This document shows positions 12,826 through 24,982 of a stretch of DNA of 64,000 bases, piece after piece. The DNA comes from Camelus dromedarius (Eukaryota). Numbering within the stretch: position 1 is the first letter of the stretch; each line of letters opens with the position of its first letter. The notes under the pieces were generated by a model. That model was not told where the DNA came from. It made no database searches and saw only the letters and a list, made by a program, of their open reading frames with translations. Where the stretch lies: contig NC_087450.1 in the NCBI RefSeq assembly GCF_036321535.1, forward strand, positions 53,568,001 through 53,632,000. The letters are read 5' to 3'. The translations under genes were made by a program, and so were the position numbers.

Positions 12826-14994
12826 TATCTGTGACAGAGGGCCCGAGACCAAGAGATTGTCACCCACCAGGCCCTCCTGCTCAGGGTAGATGTTCCATGA
12901 GTATTTGTTCACTTAACCAACCGGGTTCTTGTCCCCACTGCTCTAGACAGAGGCTGGATCTCCTCTTTCTAAGCCCTTAATTTACTTCTCTCCAGGTCTT
13001 TCATATTGAGCATTTGTTATGAGATTGTGGCTTCTGCAAATGGGAAATCCTAAAAGATACTGCTTCTGCAGTGCCCTTAACCGCACTGGCATTCCAAGCA
13101 CAAACCTCAAAAACATGCTGCTCATTTCCTCCAAAAATCGCAAGTCCTTCTATCCGTCACAATGGCAGGAAGACAAAGCAGAGTCTTGGATTTAGGCGGA
13201 CCTGGGTTCCTGTCCCTGCATCATCTTGAGCAAATATGGTCTTTCTGACCGTGGTCCAGTCTGCAACAAGGAGCGAATACCTTGGAAAGATGTCGGAGGG
13301 CCAAATGAAGCTCATGAAGCCTCTGCAGTGCCACAGCGTGGCTTGGCTTTTTAACAATGTGAGTTTCCTCCCCTAAACCCCACTCCCTTCCACGTTAGGA
13401 CTTAGGCAAGTCCTTCCAATGGCCCATTTTCTCCTCTGTAAGAGTGTTTCTGCCATCAGGTTCTCTTTCCTACTGGTATTCCAGATCTGTCTGAACTGAT
13501 GATCAGAATGGATCCTGCTGAATTGATGATGGAGAATTCAGATCTGCAGAATTCTTTGATAAACTTCCTGGCCCCGCTCATCCCACTGACTGAGCAACAG
13601 AGTTTCCTGCCAGCAGCTGTATTTAGAGCAGCAGGAGTGCACTTGCTTGACCCAAAGGACAACTCGTAATGAGGAATGATTTCTCTTGCTGGCTTCAGCG
13701 TTGAAGGCACAACTAGAGGGACCGCGGGAGCTCTTTTCATTGGGAAAGCACTGGCCTCATCACAATCGGAGTCATCTCATCTGTCAGGCCCTGAAGCTAC
13801 AGGTCCTGGCTTCTGAGCTTTTTAAGGTCCTACAAAATATCGGAGAGCTGGGAAAAAAAAAACTTATTGGCTCTAAAACATAAGATGAAAACTACAAAAT
13901 CAAAGCAGATAAATGTTTAATTAAATATCTAAAAAAAGTCATGTTATGTCATTGGCCACTTTTTGTCCCATCGTTAAGTTTATCACTCGTGAAATTTTCA
14001 ATACGTCAGCAAACAGTGCGTAGGTTCTATTTTCTCACTTTGCATGAGGTTCCAAATAGGCAGAGAAACAAAAGGACTTAACTGTAAATTAATTAAATTA
14101 TCCATAGCTAAATAATTTCCAAGGCAGAATTGTGGAAGTTCTTTTGCACTTTTTTTTTTATAGTAAAAGAAAAAGCCCTGTAATGTGAAATGTAGATGTA
14201 TTGTAACATATTTGATATGATGCTGAGCAGAGAATAAGGGTAGCAGGGCCTCCAGAGGTCTTTTCAAGAGTCCAAATCATCGTCTGATCGGTCCCGATGC
14301 TTTCCCCAAGAGGTGGGCACCCACCCAGACCGCCCAGCAAATTTCAAGGACTATCAGAGATTCGCTCACCCAAGAATTGGGTGCCGTCTCCAAATGCTGG
14401 GCCAACCAACCCACCTTCTCCAGCCCCTTCTGCTGAGCATTCCTCCAGCTAATAAAACCCTGGTCGTCCAGCTCTGGGTTAATATTTACTCAGTATAAAC
14501 CATCCTGGAGTTAAAGGCTGAAGGCCACACTAAAGTTAAAACATTAAAAAGGAAGTCTTACCTCCTGGGTCAGTGTTACGATTTTCTGGGAGAAGAATGT
14601 GACTCTGGGTGGATTTTGATCACGAGGAGTGTTACCCGGAGGAGAGGTGAGACAACTCCGGGAATGAAAAGGGATGTTTAGCTCTACTTCCAGATCCATC
14701 AGGAGCTGACACTGCAGAGGTGCTTTTTCATTCCCTTCTAGACTTCAGTTTCCACGGGGGTGGCGATCTCCACCAGGAAACTGTGAGCAACAAATGAAAC
14801 GGGTTCTGCTAAGATTTCCAAAACCTGAGAAACACTGTATGATGTGCTGTGGTTATGGATCATCTAGCCAAGAATTTTTTGGCTTTTTTTTTTTTTCACT
14901 TCAGTGTGATGATAAGGGACTCCCAATTGAAATAACTGTAGCCTTATTTAACATTTTAATAGCAAATACTGAGATGTCATCAAACCCGTCATAT

Positions 14995-15330
14995 TTTCTG
15001 AAGATGGCCACATCAGTGCCTCTCCCGTCCCACAGACTCTCCCTACCCTGGAGTGATAACATTCCTCATTGAGACTTGGGGTCTGGGCTCCCTCCACTCA
15101 GATCCACGTGGAACTTTGTAACTGCCTCCAGTGATGGGGTCTGGAGGAAATGAGGCCAAGTGACTTCCGAAGCCAGGTCACAAGAGATAATAGAGTTTCC
15201 ACCTGACTGTCTCTTGGGACTTGGACCTTTGGAGTCCTGAACTGCTGAGTAAGCAGCCAGGCCACCCTGAAATCATGGTTCCGGAAGGACCACGAGGAGA
15301 CAGAAAGGATGTCCAGCTAGCCCCCCACTG
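14995..15330 (+). mobile_element. Old MLT1 MaLR LTR fragment
   Basis: 'aagatggccac...gtgacttccgaagccaggtcacaag...gaccacgaggagacag' resembles the 5' half of MLT1F/H/J. Confidence 0.6.
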
Positions 15331-15734
15331 CTACTGCTCGTTACCCCTATGTGGTGAAATAATCATTTCATTCTTTGATTTATTTTATTCTTTCTGCTTA
15401 TCTGCATTGTAAGATTTCTATAGCAAACATGTATTTTTTTTTCAAAATAAGTTAGTTTTTTTTAGAAAATTCCATTTATGTCTCCATCTTCTCAAAGCAT
15501 CACCAAGCCTCGGCTAATCTCTTCACCAAATGCCAACAACTCACTCTTTGCACAGTTCAGCAAAATAACCACTTGTCCCAGAATCACGACAAGCTTATAC
15601 TGGTGGACGGACACCAGCACCCACCATGCTCCTCAGTCTACACGAGTGGGTCCAATGTATGTGTTTCCCATGGTTACAGCCACCAGCCAGCTGCCCCCTA
15701 AGCATTTTGTTTCTAACCATGGGAGAGTGAAACT

Positions 15735-15960
15735 TTTCACACTCATTCATCAAATATTGATTAAACCCTGCGTGTGCCAAGCACAGGGCTGGAAGCTAGG
15801 GATACGTCTGTGAGCGGATTCAAGTTCTGTCTTCATGCCATGAAAAATACACGTGAAGCCGTGACCTGAATGCAGTGTGAGTGCACTGAGAGGGGACGTC
15901 CCGGAGGCAGAAACAGAGAGGGTGCGCCTGGCCAGATGTGGAAACTCAGGAAGGCTGCCC
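15735..15960 (-). mobile_element. L2 3' end
   Basis: 'cactcattcatcaaatattgattaaaccctgcgtgtgccaagcac' is the reverse L2 tail. Confidence 0.7.
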
Positions 15961-16022
15961 TTAACAGGGGATATAATCGTGGGATAATAAGGAATCCCAG
16001 TGTCGCAAGGTACTGGGAGGTG

Positions 16023-16396
16023 TGATACAGACCAACTGTTTATGTCCTCCCAGAAGTCTCCTGCTGAAATCCTAACCCTTAGTGTGATGGCACTAGGGGG
16101 AGGGGTCTTTGGGGGTGATTAAGTCACAAGGGTGGAGCCCTCGTGAATGGAATTAGTGCCCTGTAAAAGAGACCACAGAGAGATCCCTTCCTTTGTTTCT
16201 GCCATCTGGGAACACAGCAAGAAGACAGCCAGCTGGGCTGTCTAAGACCTGGGAAGCTGGTTCTCTCCAGACACCAATCTGCCAGTGCCTTGTTTTTTAT
16301 TATCCCAGCCTCTAGAACTGAGAAAAATAAATGTTTGTTGCTTAAGTTCCCCAGATTTATGACATTTTAAGATAACAGCCAAAACGGACTAAGAAA
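16023..16396 (+). mobile_element. MLT1A0-type MaLR solo LTR inserted in a MIR
   Basis: Full-length MLT1A0 pattern ending 'acagccaaaacggactaagaaa'; MIR sequence on both sides ('gggataataa...gggagg' and 'tcaaatgagataat'). Confidence 0.9.
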
Positions 16397-17713
16397 TCAA
16401 ATGAGATAATTCTTGTGAACACACTTAGCAAAATGGAAATGCAGGATGTGGCACCAGCCCTGCCCCCCACGGCCTCTGGCTGCCTCTGTAACTGGCTGTG
16501 ATTCTGATTGGGTGCAAGGCTGCTGTTTTTCACGTTGGTGAGCACAGAAAACCTCAAACGGTGACCCTGACCCGGGTCTTCGCCATAGTCTCTTGTACTG
16601 CAATCTACTGTTCACTAAAAGGCAGCGCAGAGAGAGAACTTCTTGCTTCGAGGCCAATGGCCGAAGTCCAGGATGCTGCTGCAGACACGTCCCTCCTGCC
16701 AGCCCGGCCTGACCGCGCTGCCGGCCAGGTGGGGCTGCTGAGACCAGTGCCCTTAATTTGTTCTGACGTCCAGCCTGGGGGAGCCCCAGTCCTCCAGGGA
16801 GCTGGGAGGGCTTGTCATGTCCCCCCATCATCCACTGGAACCGAGAGCCAGAGCGCTGCCCTTTCCCCGCAGTTGCTGCCCCAGGGGCGTTGCTCAGGAT
16901 CCTGGCCCTGCCTCCCAGCCCATATGTGTCCCCTTCACATGCCACAGCACGTCATCACCAGGCAGGGGGCCTTCTCTCACAGGAAAGTCCTGCCACCACC
17001 CCCCCCGGGGGGGGGGTCCTGCCATGTGCCCCCGAGGGTCCTGGACAAGGAAGCCCACACCGGTCAGCCAAGCCCGCTATCTGCTGCTCCCCACCAGCTG
17101 CCTCCCTCCCCAGCCATTTGTCCCACCAATTCTGACCATTTGTTCCAGCCAGGCAGGCCCCAAATGGGACCCCATGCCTCCTCGTTCACATTAACTCCTG
17201 CCAATCCTTTAAATCTCTGTTGAAGAGTCGCTTCCTCCAAGAAGCCCACCCAGAACTGCCAGCCTTCTGTCCCTGCTGAGACTCCACAGACACACGTCAT
17301 GTACCCATCACACTGATCATAAGTGCTGGTAGCCAGGTGGCCAACAGCATCGTCCCACCTTCCCCTCTTCTGTCTCCCGCCACCCACCCAGGTGCATTAG
17401 GGGCTCATCTCTGGTAAAACAGAGACTGTGATTTGCTGGCAGAGGTGTTACTCTGTGAAAGTGGCCAGTCTTGGCAATGGAAGCTCTGTCTGTTTTGGAG
17501 ATACTCAGCCCCGAAGGCCACGGCCTCTCCCGGGCAGGGACAGGTGTTCTGGATCACATCCTGCTTGACCTTCGGGGTTTGCTGAGAGGAGCCTGGACCC
17601 TTGAGGGAGGAGCAGGAGGGGAAAGACCAAGAGATTCATCTGCACATGGTGACTCTCCCAAAGCAACAGAACCTGGCTTTCTCTGTAGAAAATAGCTCTG
17701 CTGGGAGAAAGGG

Positions 17714-18001
17714 CAGCAGCTCCCAACAGTGCCCAGGCGAACCGACCCACGCAAGAATTCAGGAATTCCCCTAAATTCTGATTCTGTGGCCAAAAAACTT
17801 TGGGAAATGATTGTTTGAGCCAAATTCTTTTCTGCAGACTCCTCTGAGCTCTCGGGAGAACAGGTGCCTTGCAAATCTCCAAGAGATGATATGAGTGCGA
17901 CTACTAACCATGCGGCCCCAGCCACAGTGTCTGTTTTTGAGGAGCACCTCTTGACATCTCCCAGAATCAGCGTTTCAGAGAACACACTTTGGGAAATGCT
18001 G
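17714..18001. mobile_element. hAT-Charlie-type MITE (MER112-like; family uncertain)
   Basis: Ends 'gaacacactttgggaaatgctg', with an internal 'ctttgggaaatga' and 'gcaaatctccaagag'. Confidence 0.55.
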
Positions 18002-21000
18002 CCCCGGGAGTATTTGTGAATTTGAAAGTCTCTAATGGACCATATATCCTACTATCTAAATCTCTGGGAGGATTTTATTGATATTTTTCAATACATCATC
18101 GCGGAATACATCACGGAAGCGCTGTATTCTTTTATTGAGGCAGCTTTGTTTCTTGCTGAGGATGAGAACCCTGTATGTATTTCCCTCATTACTGTGGCTA
18201 CTAGGAAGCTCAGAATTGAGTCAAGGCCCACATCCAGCTACTGCCCAGACCCTCAGGGCAAATTTTGTCTTCTAACCTTTTCTCCGTTATCGTTTCATGT
18301 CTTATCTTCATTTTGTCTTAGCCTTGATTCTTTTATTCGTGGCAAATCTGTTTTACTGGTGTGTCAAAACCTTTCTAAAAATGAGGCAAGGTGTACGTCA
18401 ATAAATGTAGCCAGTGTAATATTGTCAGCAACAATGATAACAAAGAACACCTTCATTCCAAACAATAGGTGAATCTCCCATCGATATAAAATAAGCATTA
18501 GAACTTTTCTGATGAGGAGAAGAGGGCTTGAAATGCGTTTCCTTCTGGGCTTAATTTTCACTTTTAACCCTTCACTCTACTCTTCAAAGTCAGAAGAAAT
18601 GTCCTCTTTCCTCCCCCACACTCTTTAAGAGACTGAAACAAAACCACCCCCAAGATGAAACAGATTAGGTTAATGACACAGAGAAGACCGTCTGTGTCCA
18701 CCCTCTGAGCTCCCCAACAACAGGCTTTTGTGCTCGGGAGAGAGCCGGGGGGCTGCGGACGCTTGGTAAGTTGTATCCACCGGGCGGGGCCTGGCGGGTC
18801 ACACTCCAGCCCTCGAAGACCCCATGCGCTGGGTTCTCAGCCAGCGCCCCCACCGCTGGTGAGCCCTGCCTGCCCGACACAGACAGCCTTCCGAGGACCC
18901 AAGAAGGGGTCCAGTCCTCAGCCGGCCTGGGCCTATCTGAATCTTCTTCCTCTCGACAAACTCAGTTTAATCCTCTTCCTTTCTGACACCTTGACAGTGA
19001 CGGGACCCACTTGTGTAACAGCTCCCCTCCCGTCCCTGTGCTGGAGCTGCACGTCATCTCCCCAAGAGCCCCTTCATCCATCTCTCTGGACAACCGCCAT
19101 GTCCTTCCTCTCAGCGTTTCTGCGTGGACGTAGCCTCGGAGCTGACCCCTGGCTGAGGCCTGTATCCAGTTCTGGTTCTCCTTGGAGACCACGAGCCCCA
19201 GGGAGGCCAGGGGACAGAGTGTCTCTGCACCTCTTCCCTCAAAAACCTGAAAGGCGCTCCTTGCAAGGGAGCCATGGATCTAAACAAAGCCATAGACATG
19301 CCGAAAGCCGGGGAGGGGCTCCCCTAGACCTGGAGGCCAGTGGAAATCGCCTGAGTTACTCGTTCCCTCCCGGAGTCTGTCAGGGCCCCGTGTGTCCCCC
19401 CAGCATTAATTCCCTTGTCTGTGTGTCCCAGCCGGTGTCAGAGCTTGGGGACAGGAACCCACGGGACCCAACACTGAACCTGTGTCTATACCAGGGCCGG
19501 CCTCTGAGTATGACATCAACAGAGTCAAAGGAAAGAAAAGGGGTAGAAAAGGGAGTAAAAAGAGGAAGGAAATGTATACTTTAATTTAAAAATAATAATT
19601 AAAAACAAAGTGAGGGGACAAGAGGAGTGAGAGTGGGGCCTTCGGGGCTGGGGCCGTCAGACCCCTCATTCCTCATCTCCCCAAAGCTTCACGTGACCCT
19701 CAGAGTTTAGATGTTCTCACTAACCCTCCTCGGTGACGAGGAAATAGGCTCAGGTAGGAAGTAACTAGTTAAGATTTGGACCAACCTCCAGCCACCTCTT
19801 TGGCTCCACCCAGGCCAGCCCGGGAGTTCTGACTTCACCCCAGATGCAGCGGACCTTGCCATCTTTTTGAGGATTAGTGAGTTGAGTGTGCAAAGCAATG
19901 TTAAAATCGGAGCAGGGCATGGAATTCCCAGCTTGCAGCCACCATCCAAACTGGGTGTAAAAGACTTGCTCTGAGGGAGAGCATGTTTGTTGGGCACTTA
20001 GAGAAATCACAGGTCCAAAAACCACAGGCTTCCCCCGTCCTCCTCTGTGAACCACCCCCAGCGACGTGGCCTTCTAGAGTATCCAGACTTCGTTCCTTGG
20101 GAGTCCTCAGGTCTCCTGGGGGAAAACAGGCCTCTGGCCAGGTCAGCTCATTTCACTATAATCAACGAGGCCTCTCGAGGCAGCCGTGGGCATAGACCCC
20201 AGCCCAGACCCCCCGGCACTAGCACCTAGCCGGGCAGTTGGAGCAGAAAGAAAGTGCTCACAGGCTCGCCATGTGCATCGAGAGGTTTCCGGGAGGCCTG
20301 TGAAAGTGTGGCCCATCCTTGGTTGTTAAAACTGTGAAGAGACTTATTTGTGGCTGTCCCATCAAAGTAGGGGTCTGCTCCGGGGAAAAATATATCTTTG
20401 TAGGGGATCAACTGGTTCCTCTGTATGGCTTACTTTGCTTGCAAGCAAAAAGGAAAAAGAGTCCTTTAAACAGTTCAAATGATTAGATCGGCATACTTTG
20501 TGTTCTTGAAAAAATGAGATTTTATGGGCCATGTTACATTTTTTAATGGGTGCGTACCCCAGGTTCATACTTTTAATTAGAAAATGTCAAACAGCTGGTT
20601 GATGAAGGCTTAGACCTAAGAATAAGACCCACTATGTGCATGAGGTCCATGATTTACAAAGTGCTTCATATCGAGAGACTACTTGTCACTGTAAAATGCT
20701 GAGATTAAATGTCACCGTGTGTATTTTTTTAACCATACTTTGTTCCAAAAATGATTGAGGGGGCCAGCAGGTGTGCCTATAGAAGACCCAGGTATAGGGC
20801 CTCGTGGAGTTTGAGTGCCGTTACAGATGGAGCCGGAGCACTTGAGCACTTGGATTCCTGAGCCTTTTCCTGAATGTAGCCTTTGGCATCACCATACTGC
20901 AGTTACCTTAAGCGAGGCCTGGGACATCAGCCTGTCCCTACACTTCTGGGGCCCTTGCCGGAGTGTGCAGGACCAGAACCGTTAACTCATCTGCAGCCTG

Positions 21001-23050
21001 GTGTTCTGGAAGAAGCACTGAACTGGGGGACAGAGACAGTTTACCGTCACCTCTTTTGCCGCCTCCCTGTGCGATGTGTTTGGACAAGTCTTTGTCCTCT
21101 GTAAGGCTTCTCGTGTGGAGAGACTAGTTCCTGCCACGCCGAGTTCTCAGCACTACGCTGCAGATGCGGCGTGATGACGTGTGTGAAGTTAGAGGCAACA
21201 CCACTGACACTGCTTTATTATTATCATAGACCCGGCCGGTAGGAGGCCCGGGTACCCGCTGCTCTATTTCTTGCTGTGAAATCTTGGACAAGTAACTTCT
21301 TCTCTCTCAACCTCAAAGTTCACATCTTTACAAGGAAGGTGAGAACTAGCTATTCTTTGTCAGTGTGTCTTAAATTTTAGTTACCAATCAACGGATAAGG
21401 AGTTCACACTGGAATACAAATCAATATCCTGTTTCCTTCACTGAGGAAGTCTTGCTATGAAAAGAAAAAAAACAGCAGCTGAGCTAAACAGCATGCTGAG
21501 TGAGTTAGCTGACAATGTTAGCCCTTCCATGCATAAATGATATGATTCCAATGACATTCTTATCTGCCTTGCAAGATAAATGAGAACTTAGGAAATGGAC
21601 TCAGTTCGGAATTATTGATATCCAGATGGGCCCACTGTCTCTTCTCATCACTCAGCAGTTCTTTACAGAGGACCTACTATAGTCCAGAAACGCCCCAAGT
21701 CCACACGGGGGTCCCTGGCTAGACGAGGAGATAACACGTGAGCCAAGGACTTATCAAGAACTGACCAGACCCATCGCTGAAAGACAGGCAGCAAGCAGTC
21801 CTGGACAGAGCCCATCTGCAGAGGAGTCGTGGAGAGACGGTCACTGAAACAGGGCAAATGGGGAGGGCTTTCTGCAGGAGGTGACATTTGCACCAGCGTT
21901 CTTAAGGTTAACCTACATTCAGTGAAATTGGAAGGGGTCCAGAAACGCAGTGCCTCATACACATTATCCTTGTGCTCATTTTTCAGGAGTTAGAAGTGGT
22001 TCTGGGCTCATTTGTGGAATAGGGGCCAACTCTCTCAGGCCAGGTCCCTGTTAACACCTTGGTACACTTTAGACAACAGCGTTTACACAGGGGGGACCCA
22101 ATAGCTTATTTAAGTGATGGTTCTGCCTCGCCAGCCTCACTCTTCAGCTGGACCTCAGATCTGCCCTTGAGACAAAAACCTGTGTGTTGTCACCTGTCTT
22201 CTCTGCCTTCAATTTGTTTTGACAACTGGAAAGTTAGGCAGGTCACAACTGGGCCTCTTGTTCATTTTCCACACTTCACTGTAAAGAATGAGAAATTGTT
22301 ACTGCAAATATATAGGTCCCTCTGCTGGGAAACTCTCTTCTCCCCTCTAGCAGCAAATGTTGAATTTGGGGAGGTCTGTCATATTTTAAATCAGCTGATG
22401 ATCGTTGGCTAAGGCTGTGTCTGTCTACATGGAATTCTGTTTTTTCTCTTGATTCCAGGCATGCACTTTCTGTGTCTCTAAATTTCTTTCCATCAGTCTT
22501 TCTTTTTACATCTCTGTCTTTTTTGGCAGACTGTCTTTCTTTCTTTCTTTTTTTTAATCTGTATGATTTTTCCATGTAATCCATTGGCCATGTGATTGTT
22601 CAAATTTAACTTCCAACTTTCAACTCACTGTGTGTGGATTGCTTTTACCCCCGCCCTGTCTAGAAAGGAAATATTCCCATGGGAAAAGATAAGTGTGAAA
22701 CAAGGGTGGCTAGGGTCCTATCTTTGAGGTGTCCGGAGTCATACAAAGAACTTTTTAATGAATTGTTTTTTCCTCAAAAAAGGAAGACATGTGTCGTGTC
22801 TCCCCCAGAGGGTTCGGAATTCTTGGCTGAGGAGGATAGAAAAAGAATGCTTCCAACCCCTCCCCCTTCAAGTCCTAAGTCTTTAAAAGCTCTCCCAGGA
22901 TAAAACAACGTTTCCTTATAAATTTTGTAATCAGAATTCTGGCCCTCTCACACGTAAGGCAATCTGAGCTTACCAAGGGAGTGAATCGCCTTGGGTTTTC
23001 GGGGGCCATTCTAGAATCCTGGGGAAGGGCTCCCTTTATTCCTGGCCCGC

Positions 23051-23076
23051 CTTTGATGACACATGACCTTTGACCC
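23051..23076 (-). promoter_or_regulatory. Candidate TCF/LEF + DR1 composite element
   Basis: CTTTGATG (23051-23058) overlapping TGACAC a TGACCT t TGACCC. Confidence 0.5.
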
Positions 23077-24982
23077 TGATCAATGCATCCTCCTCCCAGA
23101 GCAGCAGAAAGGAGAGTGGCTCTCTCAGCGCCCAGAGGAAGAGCGGGCAGGGAGGCCCTGACCTCCCGCCCTGCCCCTAACCTCACTGATAATTGAGTTT
23201 TCCATCCGTGCTCACCAGCAGGCCCTGAACACAAAGAAACAAGCCCCTCCTGATTCTGTCTTTGCCCAGATGAAACCACGAGCCGAATCTGTTCAGCTCA
23301 CACCAGCATCCGGCACCGGAACACACACGAGAGGCCCCGTATGTGGGAGCCCCACTCCTCATTGCATCTGGGGCCTCCCGGTACCTCCCACGTCCCCGTC
23401 CCCACAGGCTGCTGGAGCGTCTGTTCCTCCTAACACAGCACCGGGAGAGGGGCCGGGCCCCCCAAGAGATGTTCACCCCAAGTGGCCACTTAGAAAACAC
23501 AGCCCCCCAAGTGTCCTTATGCCAAAGCATGTTTCCCAGGCTTTTCTTAAGTACTAGAAACTGAACGTCAGAGAGCTTAAAAGAAACTTTCTCTGGCTTA
23601 CCTTCGATATTTGTAACATTTCTCATTTTAGCATGAAGTAGGTGATAGATAAGCCCCTTAAAGCCTTTCCACTCTGGGTCTGCCCTCCTCCTGCAGGAAT
23701 GGATGGCCTGAATCACGCCCACAGCCCGCTGCTGAAGGAGCAAGTCCATGGCCAGGCTACTGCTTGGGGATCACGTGAGACTGCGATCCACAGGAAGGCT
23801 TAGGAGATGCCCGCCCCGCCCTCAGAGGATGCTTGCTGAGTTGTATTATGAATAATAATAATAATAATATAATTCATGGGATGGTCCCCTCCCTTGTAAT
23901 TTGCATTACCTCCTCTGCCCTTCACACCCTGCTTCAAGGTAACTATATTTTGTCCCAAGAAACCAAAGGGGAGAAGACTCGTCCAAGGTCACTCAAGCTC
24001 CGAAGAGGTGGAGCTGAGACCTGGAGTGAAGCTATCAGACTCTGCAGTGCATGAACTTTCTGGAGCATCTGGCTGCTTCAGGAGAACACTCCCAGAATAC
24101 AGAAGGAAGGAGGAGGCCTCCAAGGTTTGATAAACCCCCAAGAAAACATAAAAGCATGGACAGAGCTGCGGTTGCCAGGGGGAGCAGTAGAGGCTGGACT
24201 TCAGAGGATGGAGGGGGAGCAGCGGCCGCAGCATTTCAGGAGTGTGGGGCCTCCTTGGAGGGGAAGGGCCTCCTCAGAGCTTGAAGGACAGAGCAGCAGG
24301 AAGAGATGGGCAGCGGGAAACAGGAAAGGTGCTTCAGCAGAGGAATCTGCCTGAGGAGAGCCTCCAAGAGGCAAGTCTGCTCAGAGACAGCGTCAGTGAC
24401 AGTGGCAAGGCTGGTCCATGGATGCTCACAGACAGGCAGCCCCTGATGGGGAAGAGCTTGGAGAGAGAGTGAGGGGCCAGACATGTAGGGCTTTGACATT
24501 CAGCTAGGAGTTAGGGCTGTCTTCCAGTCTCCCAGAGTACCTACTGTATGGATGTAATATGTGTGCCTCTCTAACATTCAGGACAGTCTCCCAACTGGAA
24601 ACTGAAAGGTAGAATAGAAAATCTCAGCCAAAGCTCTGCCTGTTGCCTGGACCTGCAGGAGGCGTCTTCCCGAAGCTTCCCACCCATGGCCATAAAACAC
24701 TCCTTGCTACTCACCATTATTTGCCATCTTACCCAGGGTTAGGAAGCTCCCGAGGTCCTTGCTAAGCCTCCAGCTTCCCAGGCCTCTCTGCTGGCCACTC
24801 AGATACAGAAGGTCCGCGAGGAACATGAGAATCTAGATTTCACCAAGTGCCCTCGGGTGGTTATTAATCATAGACAAGCTTAAAAGGAAGAAACACAACC
24901 ATAAAAATCACCCAGGACCCCAGGAAATAATAGAGCCAGTAGATCTGGGGGGGACACTAGGAATCTGGGTTTTGAACAAAAG

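Noticed and set aside
18730-19584. Longest ORF in the track (284 aa), and the similar GC-rich ORFs 16498..17223 and 27269..27955
   Set aside because: Pro/Ser/Gly/Arg-rich, low-information translations typical of GC-rich non-coding DNA. There are overlapping ORFs in several frames, no recognisable domain and no exon structure.
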